IMG/VR virus record: IMGVR_UViG_3300036851_000446
Coordinates: 1-58,577 of that record
Source of the DNA: a virus
Lineage: Duplodnaviria > Caudoviricetes
Length of the DNA: 58,577 nucleotides
Strand: one strand, 5' to 3'
Position 1 is the first letter of the stretch, and each line of letters opens with the position of its first letter. Positions 8,887 to 16,370 of the stretch are shown here, one piece after another. Below the pieces are notes generated by a model. The model was not told the origin of the DNA, did not search any database, and saw nothing but the letters and a program-made list of their open reading frames with translations. The position numbers were made by a program, and so were the translations under genes.

Positions 8887-10329
8887 CTATAGCTTCACCC
8901 CGTCGCGGTCGAACACGGCGATCCGGGACGTGTCGAACACCGAACCCCGCCGCGTCGAACGGGCCACGACCACCCGCGACAGGAACAGCCGCACCATCCG
9001 GCGGCGCTCGTCGCCGGTCATCCCGGGCCACTCCTCGGCGACCACCCCGGGGTCCACGTCCATGGTCGTCGGCGGGAGCGCCGCGAGCTCGGCGTTGATC
9101 CGGGCGCGTTCGGCCACCAGCTCTGCCCGGGCTTCCTCCCACTCGTCGTCGTCGAGGCCGTCGCCCCGGGCCCACCGCCCCGCCAGCCGGCGGCGGCGCC
9201 CCTCCAGTTCTCCCAGCGCAGCGGACAGCCGCTTCCTGTCCGCGGCGTGCACGTCCCCCGCTGCGACGCGGGCGGCGAACTCGTCGGACCGCAACCGCTC
9301 GAGCAGCACCGAGGTGACGTGTTCCTCGAGCGGCGCAGCGCCGACGTAGACGTGACCGCACGGCACACCGTCGGGGTGGACGGACCGGGCCTTGTGGCAG
9401 GCGTAGACGTTGCGGCGCTTTCCCCGGTTGGTGCTCGTCGAGCCGACCAGGTGAGCGCCGCACGCGCACAAGCCGAGGCCGCCGGTCAACAGGTAGCGCC
9501 TCGCCGGCCGCGACCGGGTCCGCGACTCGAACAGGTCGACGAGGCTTTGCCACGTGACCTCGTCGAGGATCGGCTCCCACTCCCCGTCGCCGATGACCTC
9601 GCCGCGGTGGACCCGCTTGCCGGCGATCGTCGGGGCTGACAGCATCTGGCGCACGGAGCCGACGGTCCAACGCCCGTTGCGGCGGCCCGTCGCTCCGCGG
9701 GCGTCCAGCTCGCGGCCGACCGCGGCGAGCGACCAGCCAGCCAGGACCGCTTCGGCCGCCCACCTGGCCGCGGCTGCCTCGTCGGCGACGACGACGAGCC
9801 GGGACCGCTTCCGTCCGTTCTCGATCACCTGATGGTGGCGGTAGCCGAACGAGTACCCGCCGGACGGCCGGCCCGACGAGGCGAGCCAGTCGAGCTTCTC
9901 GTTGGTCTTGACCTTGATCCCCTCCACGTACTCCTTGGCGCCGACGCCCTTGTAGCGGGCGCCGGCTGATTGGCCGGCGACGAGTGATGTCCAGCCGTCG
10001 CGGTAGCCGAGGACCCCTTCGACGCCGGCGGTGCGGAACACGGTGATGAGCCGCTCGAGCTCGTCGGGCCGGCGGGTCAGTCGTTCCTGGTCCGACGTCG
10101 TGACCTGGGTGACGGTCCGGGTGAGGACGTCAGCTTTGAGGCGCTCGTAGTCGTCGCGGACCACGTCTTCTCGTTCGCCGGAGGCGTCGGGGTCGGCGTA
10201 GTAGCGGATGGTGCAGCCGGGCCAGCGGCTGTGTGCGGCGGTGGTGCCCAGTTCGTGCTGGGTGTCGATGTTCTCGGTGCGTCCGCGTAGGCGGGAGAGA
10301 CGGGCGTAGACGCCGACGACCTCGGTCAT
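8887..10329 (-). CDS. int: Large serine recombinase (integrase)
   Basis: YARLS catalytic motif, ERLTR resolvase motif, GRPSGGYSFGY recombinase domain, CACG...YACH...CGH zinc ribbon, coiled coil. Confidence 0.95.
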   Translation of the reverse strand: MTEVVGVYARLSRLRGRTENIDTQHELGTTAAHSRWPGCTIRYYADPDASGEREDVVRDDYERLKADVLTRTVTQVTTSDQERLTRRPDELERLITVFRTAGVEGVLGYRDGWTSLVAGQSAGARYKGVGAKEYVEGIKVKTNEKLDWLASSGRPSGGYSFGYRHHQVIENGRKRSRLVVVADEAAAARWAAEAVLAGWSLAAVGRELDARGATGRRNGRWTVGSVRQMLSAPTIAGKRVHRGEVIGDGEWEPILDEVTWQSLVDLFESRTRSRPARRYLLTGGLGLCACGAHLVGSTSTNRGKRRNVYACHKARSVHPDGVPCGHVYVGAAPLEEHVTSVLLERLRSDEFAARVAAGDVHAADRKRLSAALGELEGRRRRLAGRWARGDGLDDDEWEEARAELVAERARINAELAALPPTTMDVDPGVVAEEWPGMTGDERRRMVRLFLSRVVVARSTRRGSVFDTSRIAVFDRDGVKL

Positions 10330-10341
10330 ACCACTGGACTA

Positions 10342-10391
10342 TAGCTGTATTAGGTGCTACCGTCCGACGGCGTAAGCACTCGATACAGATA
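10342..10391. other. Putative attP site
   Basis: Dyad immediately upstream of int: CTGTAT(10345-50)/ATACAG(10383-88) and GTGCT(10354-58)/AGCAC(10375-79) share one centre, the GA dinucleotide at 10366-10367. Confidence 0.65.
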
Positions 10392-10407
10392 CGAAGGCGG
10401 AGCCCTG

Positions 10408-10653
10408 ATGCCTACCCCCATCCCCGATACCACACAACACCCGACCGGCGAGCAGGTCAACCCGCCGACCATCACACCAGACACCGGCGAGTACGAACTC
10501 GTCACGGTCCAGATGACCATCTGCCGCCCATGCCTCGACGGCGTGGGCTCTGAATGCCACACGCCCGGCTGCGCCCTGTGGATGCACCGGGTGGACCTGC
10601 CGATCCGGCCCGAGTTCTACCAGGTGGTCGTGTTCGACGAGGCCCGGTCGTGA
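10408..10653 (+). CDS. Small Cys-rich protein (ICRPCLDGVGSECHTPGCALWMH); possible recombination directionality factor by position
   Basis: ATG with GGAG RBS next to attP; function inferred from position only. Confidence 0.6.
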   Translation: MPTPIPDTTQHPTGEQVNPPTITPDTGEYELVTVQMTICRPCLDGVGSECHTPGCALWMHRVDLPIRPEFYQVVVFDEARS

Positions 10654-11000
10654 GCGACTCCACCACCGGCCGGACCGAGACCCTCGACGACTGGCTCGAG
10701 CAGTGGCGCCGGGACCCGTGGCACCCGCGGCTCGGAGAGGTCCAGGCCCTGGTCGACGAGATCGGCACGCTGCGCCTCCAAGTCGACGCCGGCCGGTTGC
10801 TGCTCGGAGCCGTCGCCCCGTTCGTCGAGTACTTCCGGGCGTCGAGCATGTCCCGGCAGCCCACGCTCCCCGACTCAATCGGCGTGGCCACCCACTCCAA
10901 CAGCCACGAGGGCGACACCGCGATCACAGTCGGCGACTTGCGGCATCTGGCTCGCATCGTCGGTGAGGCGTCGCGTGCGCTGTCCGGGAAGGAGGGGTGA
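10650..11000 (+). CDS. Hypothetical protein
   Basis: GTGA overlap; ORF track. Confidence 0.6.
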   Translation: MSDSTTGRTETLDDWLEQWRRDPWHPRLGEVQALVDEIGTLRLQVDAGRLLLGAVAPFVEYFRASSMSRQPTLPDSIGVATHSNSHEGDTAITVGDLRHLARIVGEASRALSGKEG

Positions 11001-11182
11001 TGGCCGGTTCACCGAAGCCGCGGCCGTACGGCCCGAGCACACGCCGTCATCCCGCGGAGGTCATCTCCGACCGGCTTGGCGATGCCGTCGAGCGCTGGCA
11101 CGAGAAGTTCACCGGCCAGGAGCGAGACGAGATCGCTGCCATCCGTCACGCCCTTTCCGAGATCGCCGAGGGCGAGCGATGA
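10997..11182 (+). CDS. Small hypothetical protein
   Basis: AAGGAGGGG RBS; overlaps. Confidence 0.6.
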   Translation: MMAGSPKPRPYGPSTRRHPAEVISDRLGDAVERWHEKFTGQERDEIAAIRHALSEIAEGER

Positions 11183-11904
11183 GCGCCACCGAGCCCGACG
11201 TCCAGGTGAACCCTCGCGGCTGGCGCCAGCTGGTCAACAACACGAGCCGGGTCGGCGAGATCGACGCCGTCTACGCCGACCTCGTGTCCGCGCTCGGAGC
11301 CCCGATGGACCCCGGCTACGAGAAGTGCGACGCCTACTGGCTGATCCTCTGGCCCGACGGGATCGTCGCCACGGTCTACAACTACAAGGACGGCCGACGG
11401 TACCTCGGCGACGCGGGGCTGCCAGTCGAGCAGATCCGGGAGTGGCACATCGGCTCACATCCCGAGCAGTGCGAGCCCCGCGTGGTCGTCCGGGCGGTCG
11501 ATGGGCTGATCCGGTTGCGGCGAAAGGCCGACGAGCCCGACGACCAGTCCGAGCCGATCGATCAGTTCGGACGCACGCTGCTGAATCGCTTACGCAGTGA
11601 GAGCCAAGCCTACGGCGACCACCGGGGCGCTGGCGGGCTCTGCGGCGAGGCCGCTGACGAGATCGAACGTCTGCGCTCGGACCTGCACAACATGGGCGTG
11701 GGGCGGGAGAAGCTCCGTCAACGGCTGAGCGCCGACAACGAGAGGCTGCGGGGGCTGAACGACGAGGTCAATCTCAAGCTCGGTGGACTCGAAGGCGACC
11801 TGCACCTGATCGCCACCCGGCACGGCTTCCCCAACTGGAAGACCTACGCCGAGGATCTCGACAAGTGCCTGGTGATCCGGGAGATCGAAGATGACAATGG
11901 GTGA
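11179..11904 (+). CDS. Hypothetical two-domain phage protein (VATVYNYK...WHIG domain plus coiled coil)
   Basis: ATGA overlap; GC3-rich codons. Confidence 0.7.
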   Translation: MSATEPDVQVNPRGWRQLVNNTSRVGEIDAVYADLVSALGAPMDPGYEKCDAYWLILWPDGIVATVYNYKDGRRYLGDAGLPVEQIREWHIGSHPEQCEPRVVVRAVDGLIRLRRKADEPDDQSEPIDQFGRTLLNRLRSESQAYGDHRGAGGLCGEAADEIERLRSDLHNMGVGREKLRQRLSADNERLRGLNDEVNLKLGGLEGDLHLIATRHGFPNWKTYAEDLDKCLVIREIEDDNG

Positions 11905-12109
11905 CCTCGCCGCCGATGCCGCCGACGTGTGCGCCTGGGCGGCGGACCTGTCCAACCGGATGCGCCGCTTCGAACCCGTCCCCGACGACGAGCTGGCGGC
12001 GTTCGAGGCCCGCAAGGAGAGCGTGGTCGAACGCATCGAGCCGGGGTTCTATGAGGACTATGGAGACGACGATGCGGAAAATTCCGACCCTGTTCGTGCG
12101 CGACCCTGA
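11891..12109 (+). CDS. Small acidic hypothetical protein
   Basis: ORF track. Confidence 0.5.
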   Translation: MTMGDLAADAADVCAWAADLSNRMRRFEPVPDDELAAFEARKESVVERIEPGFYEDYGDDDAENSDPVRARP

Positions 12110-12638
12110 CGACATGCGCCGGGTCCTGCCCGAAGTGCACCCGGACTGCAAGTGGGTGCTCGACGGCGAGGGTACGGCCACCCGCAAGTACGACGGGATC
12201 TGCGTGCGCCTGACTCGCGACGGCCCCTGGTGGGCTCGGCGCGAGATCAAGCCCGGCAAGGAGGCGCCGGCCAACTTCGTGCCCGAGCAGCTCGACGAGG
12301 CCACGGGCAAGACGTTCGGCTGGGAACCGATCGAGCAGACCGGCTGGGTGAAGTACCTCAACGAGGCCACCACCGCGGCCATGCCCGGCCTGACGTCAGG
12401 CACCTACGAGCTGTGCGGACCCAAGATCAATCGCAACCCCGAGGGCTACCCCGGCCATCGCCTGATCCGCCACGAGGTCGCCGAGGTCGATGTGCTCACG
12501 TCCAACGGCGAGCCCCGGGACTTCGCGGGTTGCCGTAGCCGCGTGGTCCAGCTCGGCGAGCGTGGGTGGGAGGGCATCGTGTGGCACCACCCCGACGGAC
12601 GCATGGCCAAGCTCAAGGCGCGGGACTTCAAGTTCTAG
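12072..12638 (+). CDS. Minimal ATP-dependent RNA ligase-like nucleotidyltransferase (DUF5565/RLIG1-like)
   Basis: MRKIPTLF N-terminus; motif I ATRKYDG; motif III GTYELCGPKIN; motif IV EGIVW; motif V AKLK. Confidence 0.8.
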   Translation: MRKIPTLFVRDPDDMRRVLPEVHPDCKWVLDGEGTATRKYDGICVRLTRDGPWWARREIKPGKEAPANFVPEQLDEATGKTFGWEPIEQTGWVKYLNEATTAAMPGLTSGTYELCGPKINRNPEGYPGHRLIRHEVAEVDVLTSNGEPRDFAGCRSRVVQLGERGWEGIVWHHPDGRMAKLKARDFKF

Positions 12639-12850
12639 CGATGGCGGGGTGTTTCGCCGTGGCAGAGATCGCGGGCCGATTCGCTGAGCGCATCCAGCTC
12701 GTGCGCCAGCCGGTCATCGACCGGGCCGCAGTAGCCGTCGAGGCGTTCGGCCAGCAGCCGGGCGTCGAGGGTCAACCGTTCGCGGATGTCCGCCATGGTG
12801 GGTTCCGCGAGGCGTTCCTTCGCGCTCAACGGTCGCTCGGCGCGGTTCAC
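12635..12850 (-). CDS. Hypothetical protein
   Basis: GTGA overlap with 12847-13047. Confidence 0.5.
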   Translation of the reverse strand: MNRAERPLSAKERLAEPTMADIRERLTLDARLLAERLDGYCGPVDDRLAHELDALSESARDLCHGETPRHR

Positions 12851-13047
12851 GTCGGGATCCCGCGGTCGGCGAGCTCGTGGCGGTACGCGGTGAGCCTCGC
12901 GTAGTCGGGGCTGTAGAAGTCCCGGTCGCAGTGTCGGAGCCGCCGGATCCGGTGTCGCAGCCGCCGGGTGCCGGCGCTCTGCGCCCACCCGCGGGCGTCG
13001 ATGAACGCCGCGTGGACCTCGTCGATCTGGGTCCTAGCCTGTGCCAC
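12847..13047 (-). CDS. Small basic protein divergent from the XRE regulator
   Basis: GGAAGG RBS; ORF track. Confidence 0.55.
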   Translation of the reverse strand: MAQARTQIDEVHAAFIDARGWAQSAGTRRLRHRIRRLRHCDRDFYSPDYARLTAYRHELADRGIPT

Positions 13048-13194
13048 TGCCGCACCTTCCCTTTGTGGGTGGGGCCATGTCCCCGGTCGATGCCACTCGA
13101 CGCGGGGACCGTTCCGTTCAGGGTGCGCTTGGTTGCACGGACAGTTAAAGCCGCGTGACCGTGCAGAAACCGTGCCCCGTGTCGGCTACCGTGG

Positions 13195-14022
13195 GTGGCA
13201 ACAAAGGGAAGGGGCCGGACGGTGGCACGTCGGCAACGACTCGTCGACAGACGAGAGGAACTCGGGCTCACCCAAGAGGACGTCGCCCGCGCCGCGGGGC
13301 TCACCGCCAACAGCATCCGCCGCTACGAACTCGGGCTCTCGACCCCACGCGGCGGGGACCGGCGGGCGTACGCCGAGGCGCTGGGGTGGGAACCTCTCCA
13401 GCTCGCCATGGCGATGAGCGACGAACCTCAGCCGGTCAACGGCCACGCCGTCCCCGGGTGGCTGGGTCATCTAGCTTCCCTCGAGCAGGCTGCCGGCAGG
13501 GTGGCGGCGTTCGAACCCGTCGTCGTCCATGGCCTGTTGCAGACCGCTGCCTACGCCTGTGCGATCGAAGCCATCGGGCCCGACTCGGTCAGCGGGGACG
13601 CCGTAGCTCGCAAGGTCGAGAACCGTCTCGCCCGCCAAGCCGTCCTCGACCACAACCGCTTCGAGCTCGCGGTGGTGCTCGACGAATCCGTTCTCCGGCG
13701 ACAAGCCGGCGGCCGGGATGTGATGGCCGCGCAGCTCGATCACCTCGCCGAGATCAGCGCCCACCCTGCCGTCGATCTGCGGGTGCTGTCGCTCAGTTCG
13801 GGTGTGTTCTCCGCGGCGTTCGGGTCGTTCTCGTTGTTCGCCCAGCCGGGTGCCAGCGACCCGTACATGGCTGTAACGGAGGACCGTGCCGGCCCTCACT
13901 ACCTGGACCGCCCCCACGAGCTGGAAGCGCATTCAGCCCTGTTCGCCCACCTGTCCGACGCGGCGTGGCCACCGACGGCATCCGTTGACCTGATCCACGC
14001 TGTCTCCAAGGAGTACCGATGA
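13195..14022 (+). CDS. XRE-family HTH regulator with C-terminal DUF5753 domain (WhiJ/Scr1-like)
   Basis: N-terminal HTH; FEPVVVHGLLQTAAYA, RLARQAVL, VVLDESVLRRQAGGRDVMAAQLDHL motifs. Confidence 0.9.
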   Translation: MATKGRGRTVARRQRLVDRREELGLTQEDVARAAGLTANSIRRYELGLSTPRGGDRRAYAEALGWEPLQLAMAMSDEPQPVNGHAVPGWLGHLASLEQAAGRVAAFEPVVVHGLLQTAAYACAIEAIGPDSVSGDAVARKVENRLARQAVLDHNRFELAVVLDESVLRRQAGGRDVMAAQLDHLAEISAHPAVDLRVLSLSSGVFSAAFGSFSLFAQPGASDPYMAVTEDRAGPHYLDRPHELEAHSALFAHLSDAAWPPTASVDLIHAVSKEYR

Positions 14023-14213
14023 CAACACCCCGTTGGCGCATCTCGTCGTTCAGCGGCCAGAACGGCTCGTGTGTCGCCATTGCACCCGTCGATGACGCGG
14101 TGCTGGTGCGCAACAGCGTCCACCCCGACCGCGGGACCCTCGCGTTCCCGGCTGGTGCGATGGCGGCGTTCGTCGCCGCGGCTAAGGCCGGCGAGTACGA
14201 CGACCTCGGTTAA
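14019..14213 (+). CDS. DUF397 domain protein
   Basis: WRISSFSGQNGSCVAIA...VLVRNS...FVAAAKAGEYD; coupled to XRE gene by ATGA. Confidence 0.9.
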   Translation: MTTPRWRISSFSGQNGSCVAIAPVDDAVLVRNSVHPDRGTLAFPAGAMAAFVAAAKAGEYDDLG

Positions 14214-14217
14214 GCGC

Positions 14218-14246
14218 TTGACGCGATAAGCCGCTTATCGTACGGT
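14218..14246 (+). promoter_or_regulatory. SigA-type promoter (TTGACG-17 bp-TACGGT) whose whole spacer is a perfect palindromic operator CGATAAGC-C-GCTTATCG
   Basis: -35 at 14218-14223, palindrome at 14224-14240, -10 at 14241-14246; predicted start near G14254 matches the 5' end of the first Y RNA. Confidence 0.8.
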
Positions 14247-14253
14247 GGTCCTC

Positions 14254-14318
14254 GGTTCGGGCCGAAGCCTGCCGGTTACCTGGCATTGGACTCCGGTTGG
14301 TACTCACATGCCCGAGCC
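14254..14318 (+). ncRNA. Y RNA-like ncRNA 1 (short)
   Basis: Terminal stem GGTTCGGGC/GCCCGAGCC, GCCGAAG motif matching the bacterial Y RNA GNCGAAN0-1G consensus, upstream of Ro60. Confidence 0.75.
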
Positions 14319-14333
14319 ACACAAGGTCTGTCC

Positions 14334-14403
14334 GTTGCGGGCCGAAGCGGTCTGGTTACCCACTCTTAATGGAACCTCCAGTCCGCACCCACATGCCCGC
14401 AAC
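14334..14403 (+). ncRNA. Y RNA-like ncRNA 2 (short; CUCUUAA anticodon-like loop)
   Basis: Terminal stem GTTGCGGGC/GCCCGCAAC, GCCGAAG motif, inner stem GCGGTCTGG/CCAGTCCGC, hairpin CCA-CTCTTAA-TGG. Confidence 0.8.
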
Positions 14404-14416
14404 ACAACAAGGTCTC

Positions 14417-14554
14417 GCGCTGCGGGCCGAAGCGATGCCGGTTACCACTTGTAATGGAGAGGCCCCGGGTTCGAATCCCGGTCGCTGCCCGAAAGGGTTG
14501 CGGTAGCTCAGCGGTAGAGCGCTTAACCCGGTTCGCACAACACGCCCGCAGCGC
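14417..14554 (+). ncRNA. yrlA: YrlA-type Y RNA (circularly permuted tRNA mimic)
   Basis: Terminal stem GCGCTGCGGGC/GCCCGCAGCGC with GCCGAAG; T arm CCGGG-TTCGAAT-CCCGG (14465-81) precedes a GAAA-capped acceptor-like stem and D arm GCTC-AGCGGTA-GAGC (14506-20). Confidence 0.9.
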
Positions 14555-14574
14555 TCAACCCCTTCGGAGCGCTC

Positions 14575-16155
14575 GTGAGCATCCTTGGCGACATCGGACC
14601 CCGCAGCACCCCGCAGACGGAGCGGGCCCACCCGGACCAGCGGGAGAACAACGCCGGCGGGTACTCCTTCACCGTCTCGGACTGGGATCGGCTCGCCCGG
14701 TTCCTCGTGCTCGGCGTCGACGCCGGCACCTACTACGTGCAGCCCCGCAAGCTCGCGGTCGACAATGCCGCTGTCGTGGTTCGCTGTCTCGACGCCGACC
14801 CTCGGCGGACCGTGGACCTGGCGGTCGCTGTGTCGACGGATGGCCGGGCGCCGAAGAACGACCCCGCCGTCTTCGTGCTGGCCATGGCCGCACGTCACTC
14901 GGACGTTTGGGCCCGGCGGTACGCGATGGACCATCTCGGCGATGTGTGTCGCATCGGGACGCACCTGTTCCACTTCGCCCAGTTCGTTCAGGCGCAGCGG
15001 GGTTGGGGTCGGCTGCTGCGCGACAGCATCGCCATCTGGTACGAGCGCGACGACCTCGACGGGCTCGCCTACCAGACCGTGAAGTACCGCCAGCGCGACG
15101 GCTGGACCCACCGGGACCTGCTGCGCAAGGCCCACCCCGCGGCGCCCACCGGCGGTCACAAGGCGCTGTACGACTTCATCTGCGGGCGCCCGGCCGAGAA
15201 CCTGCCCCGGATCGTCGAGGGCTACCTCAAGATGGTCGAGGCCAGCGACCCCGACGAGGCCGCCGCGCTTGTGCGCGAGTACAACCTGCCGTGGGAGACG
15301 GTCCCCTCAGACCTGCTCGACGCCACGGTGTGGGGAGCGCTGCTCGACTCGCATTCGCTGCCGCTCGGCGCGATGGTCCGCAACCTCGGCGTGATGACCA
15401 CCAAGGGCGTGCTCACCCAGGGGTCGAGCCGCACCGCGACGGTCACAGCGAAGCTCGCCGACGTGGAAGCGATCCGCAAGGCACGACTGCACCCGATCGC
15501 CATCCTCAACGCTCTCGTCACCTACAGCTCGGGTGCCGGGTTCCGCGGTGGGCTCACCTGGACGCCGGTCCCCCGCGTCGTCGACGCGTTGGACGCCGCG
15601 TTCTACACGGCGTTCGCCACGGTCGAGCCCGCGGGCAAGCGCACCGTCCTCGCCCTAGACGTGTCGGGGTCGATGCACGGCTATGAGGCAGTGCAGGGCT
15701 CGTCGTTCTCGGCCGCCCAGGGCGCCGCCGCGATGGCACTGGTGACCGCGGCGACCGAGCCCGAGACGATCCCTGTGGCGTTCTCGCACGAGATGATCCC
15801 GGTCGACGTGTCGCCCCGCCGCCGGCTCGACGACCAGATGCGGGCGCTGTCGGGCATCCCGTTCGGCCGAACCGACTGCTCGCTGCCGATGTTGTGGGCA
15901 CTCGAGAACAATGTGCAGGCCGACACCTTCGTCGTCTACACCGACTCGGAGACCTACGCCGGGCGGATGCACCCGCACCAGGCGCTCACCCAGTATCGGC
16001 AGCGGACCGGCATCGCCGCCCGGCTCATCGTCGTGGGGATGACCGCGGCCGAGTTCACCATCGCCGACCCCAGCGACCCGGGGATGTTGGACGTGGTCGG
16101 GTTCGATTCGGCTGCACCGGGGATCATGTCGGCGTTTTCGGCCGGCCGGTTCTAG
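14575..16155 (+). CDS. rsr: Ro60/Rsr TROVE-domain RNA-binding protein with vWA domain
   Basis: NNAGGYSF...RLARFLVLGVDAGTYY, KYRQRDGWTHRDLLRKAHP, RLHPIAIL, MIDAS DVSGSM, YTDSET, MLDVVGFD; 526 aa. Confidence 0.95.
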   Translation: MSILGDIGPRSTPQTERAHPDQRENNAGGYSFTVSDWDRLARFLVLGVDAGTYYVQPRKLAVDNAAVVVRCLDADPRRTVDLAVAVSTDGRAPKNDPAVFVLAMAARHSDVWARRYAMDHLGDVCRIGTHLFHFAQFVQAQRGWGRLLRDSIAIWYERDDLDGLAYQTVKYRQRDGWTHRDLLRKAHPAAPTGGHKALYDFICGRPAENLPRIVEGYLKMVEASDPDEAAALVREYNLPWETVPSDLLDATVWGALLDSHSLPLGAMVRNLGVMTTKGVLTQGSSRTATVTAKLADVEAIRKARLHPIAILNALVTYSSGAGFRGGLTWTPVPRVVDALDAAFYTAFATVEPAGKRTVLALDVSGSMHGYEAVQGSSFSAAQGAAAMALVTAATEPETIPVAFSHEMIPVDVSPRRRLDDQMRALSGIPFGRTDCSLPMLWALENNVQADTFVVYTDSETYAGRMHPHQALTQYRQRTGIAARLIVVGMTAAEFTIADPSDPGMLDVVGFDSAAPGIMSAFSAGRF

Positions 16156-16370
16156 TGGTCGACCCCGAGCTTGCTCGCCGCATCGTGACAGCGGCCCGCA
16201 AGGGGCCCGAGTGGATCCGGCGCCGTGACGAGGCCATCGTCGAGGCGCTCGAAGCCGGCGGGTCACAACGCGAGGTGGCGCAGTTGGCCGGGCTGACACA
16301 GCCGGCGGTGTCCGGCATCCACCAACGGTGGCGCGAATCGCGGGCACCCAGCGGGGAGGACGAGCGGTGA
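16155..16370 (+). CDS. Small HTH DNA-binding protein
   Basis: RDEAIVEALEAGGSQREVAQLAGLTQPAVSGI; GTG overlaps the Ro60 TAG. Confidence 0.75.
   Translation: MVDPELARRIVTAARKGPEWIRRRDEAIVEALEAGGSQREVAQLAGLTQPAVSGIHQRWRESRAPSGEDER

Noticed and set aside
10518-10605. DGR template/variable repeat pair with 2322-2405
   Set aside because: Differences are not adenine-specific and no reverse transcriptase was recognised
14245-14506. Short ORFs 14245-14454 and 14297-14506
   Set aside because: No RBS, atypical codons, fully explained by the ncRNA array
14445-14523. Canonical tRNA-Thr gene
   Set aside because: Arms are permuted (anticodon, T arm, then D arm), the acceptor stem is closed by a GAAA loop and there is no CCA end; fits a YrlA-type mimic
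14254-14554. CRISPR array
   Set aside because: Repeats are structured and covarying rather than identical, no unique spacers of constant length, no cas operon
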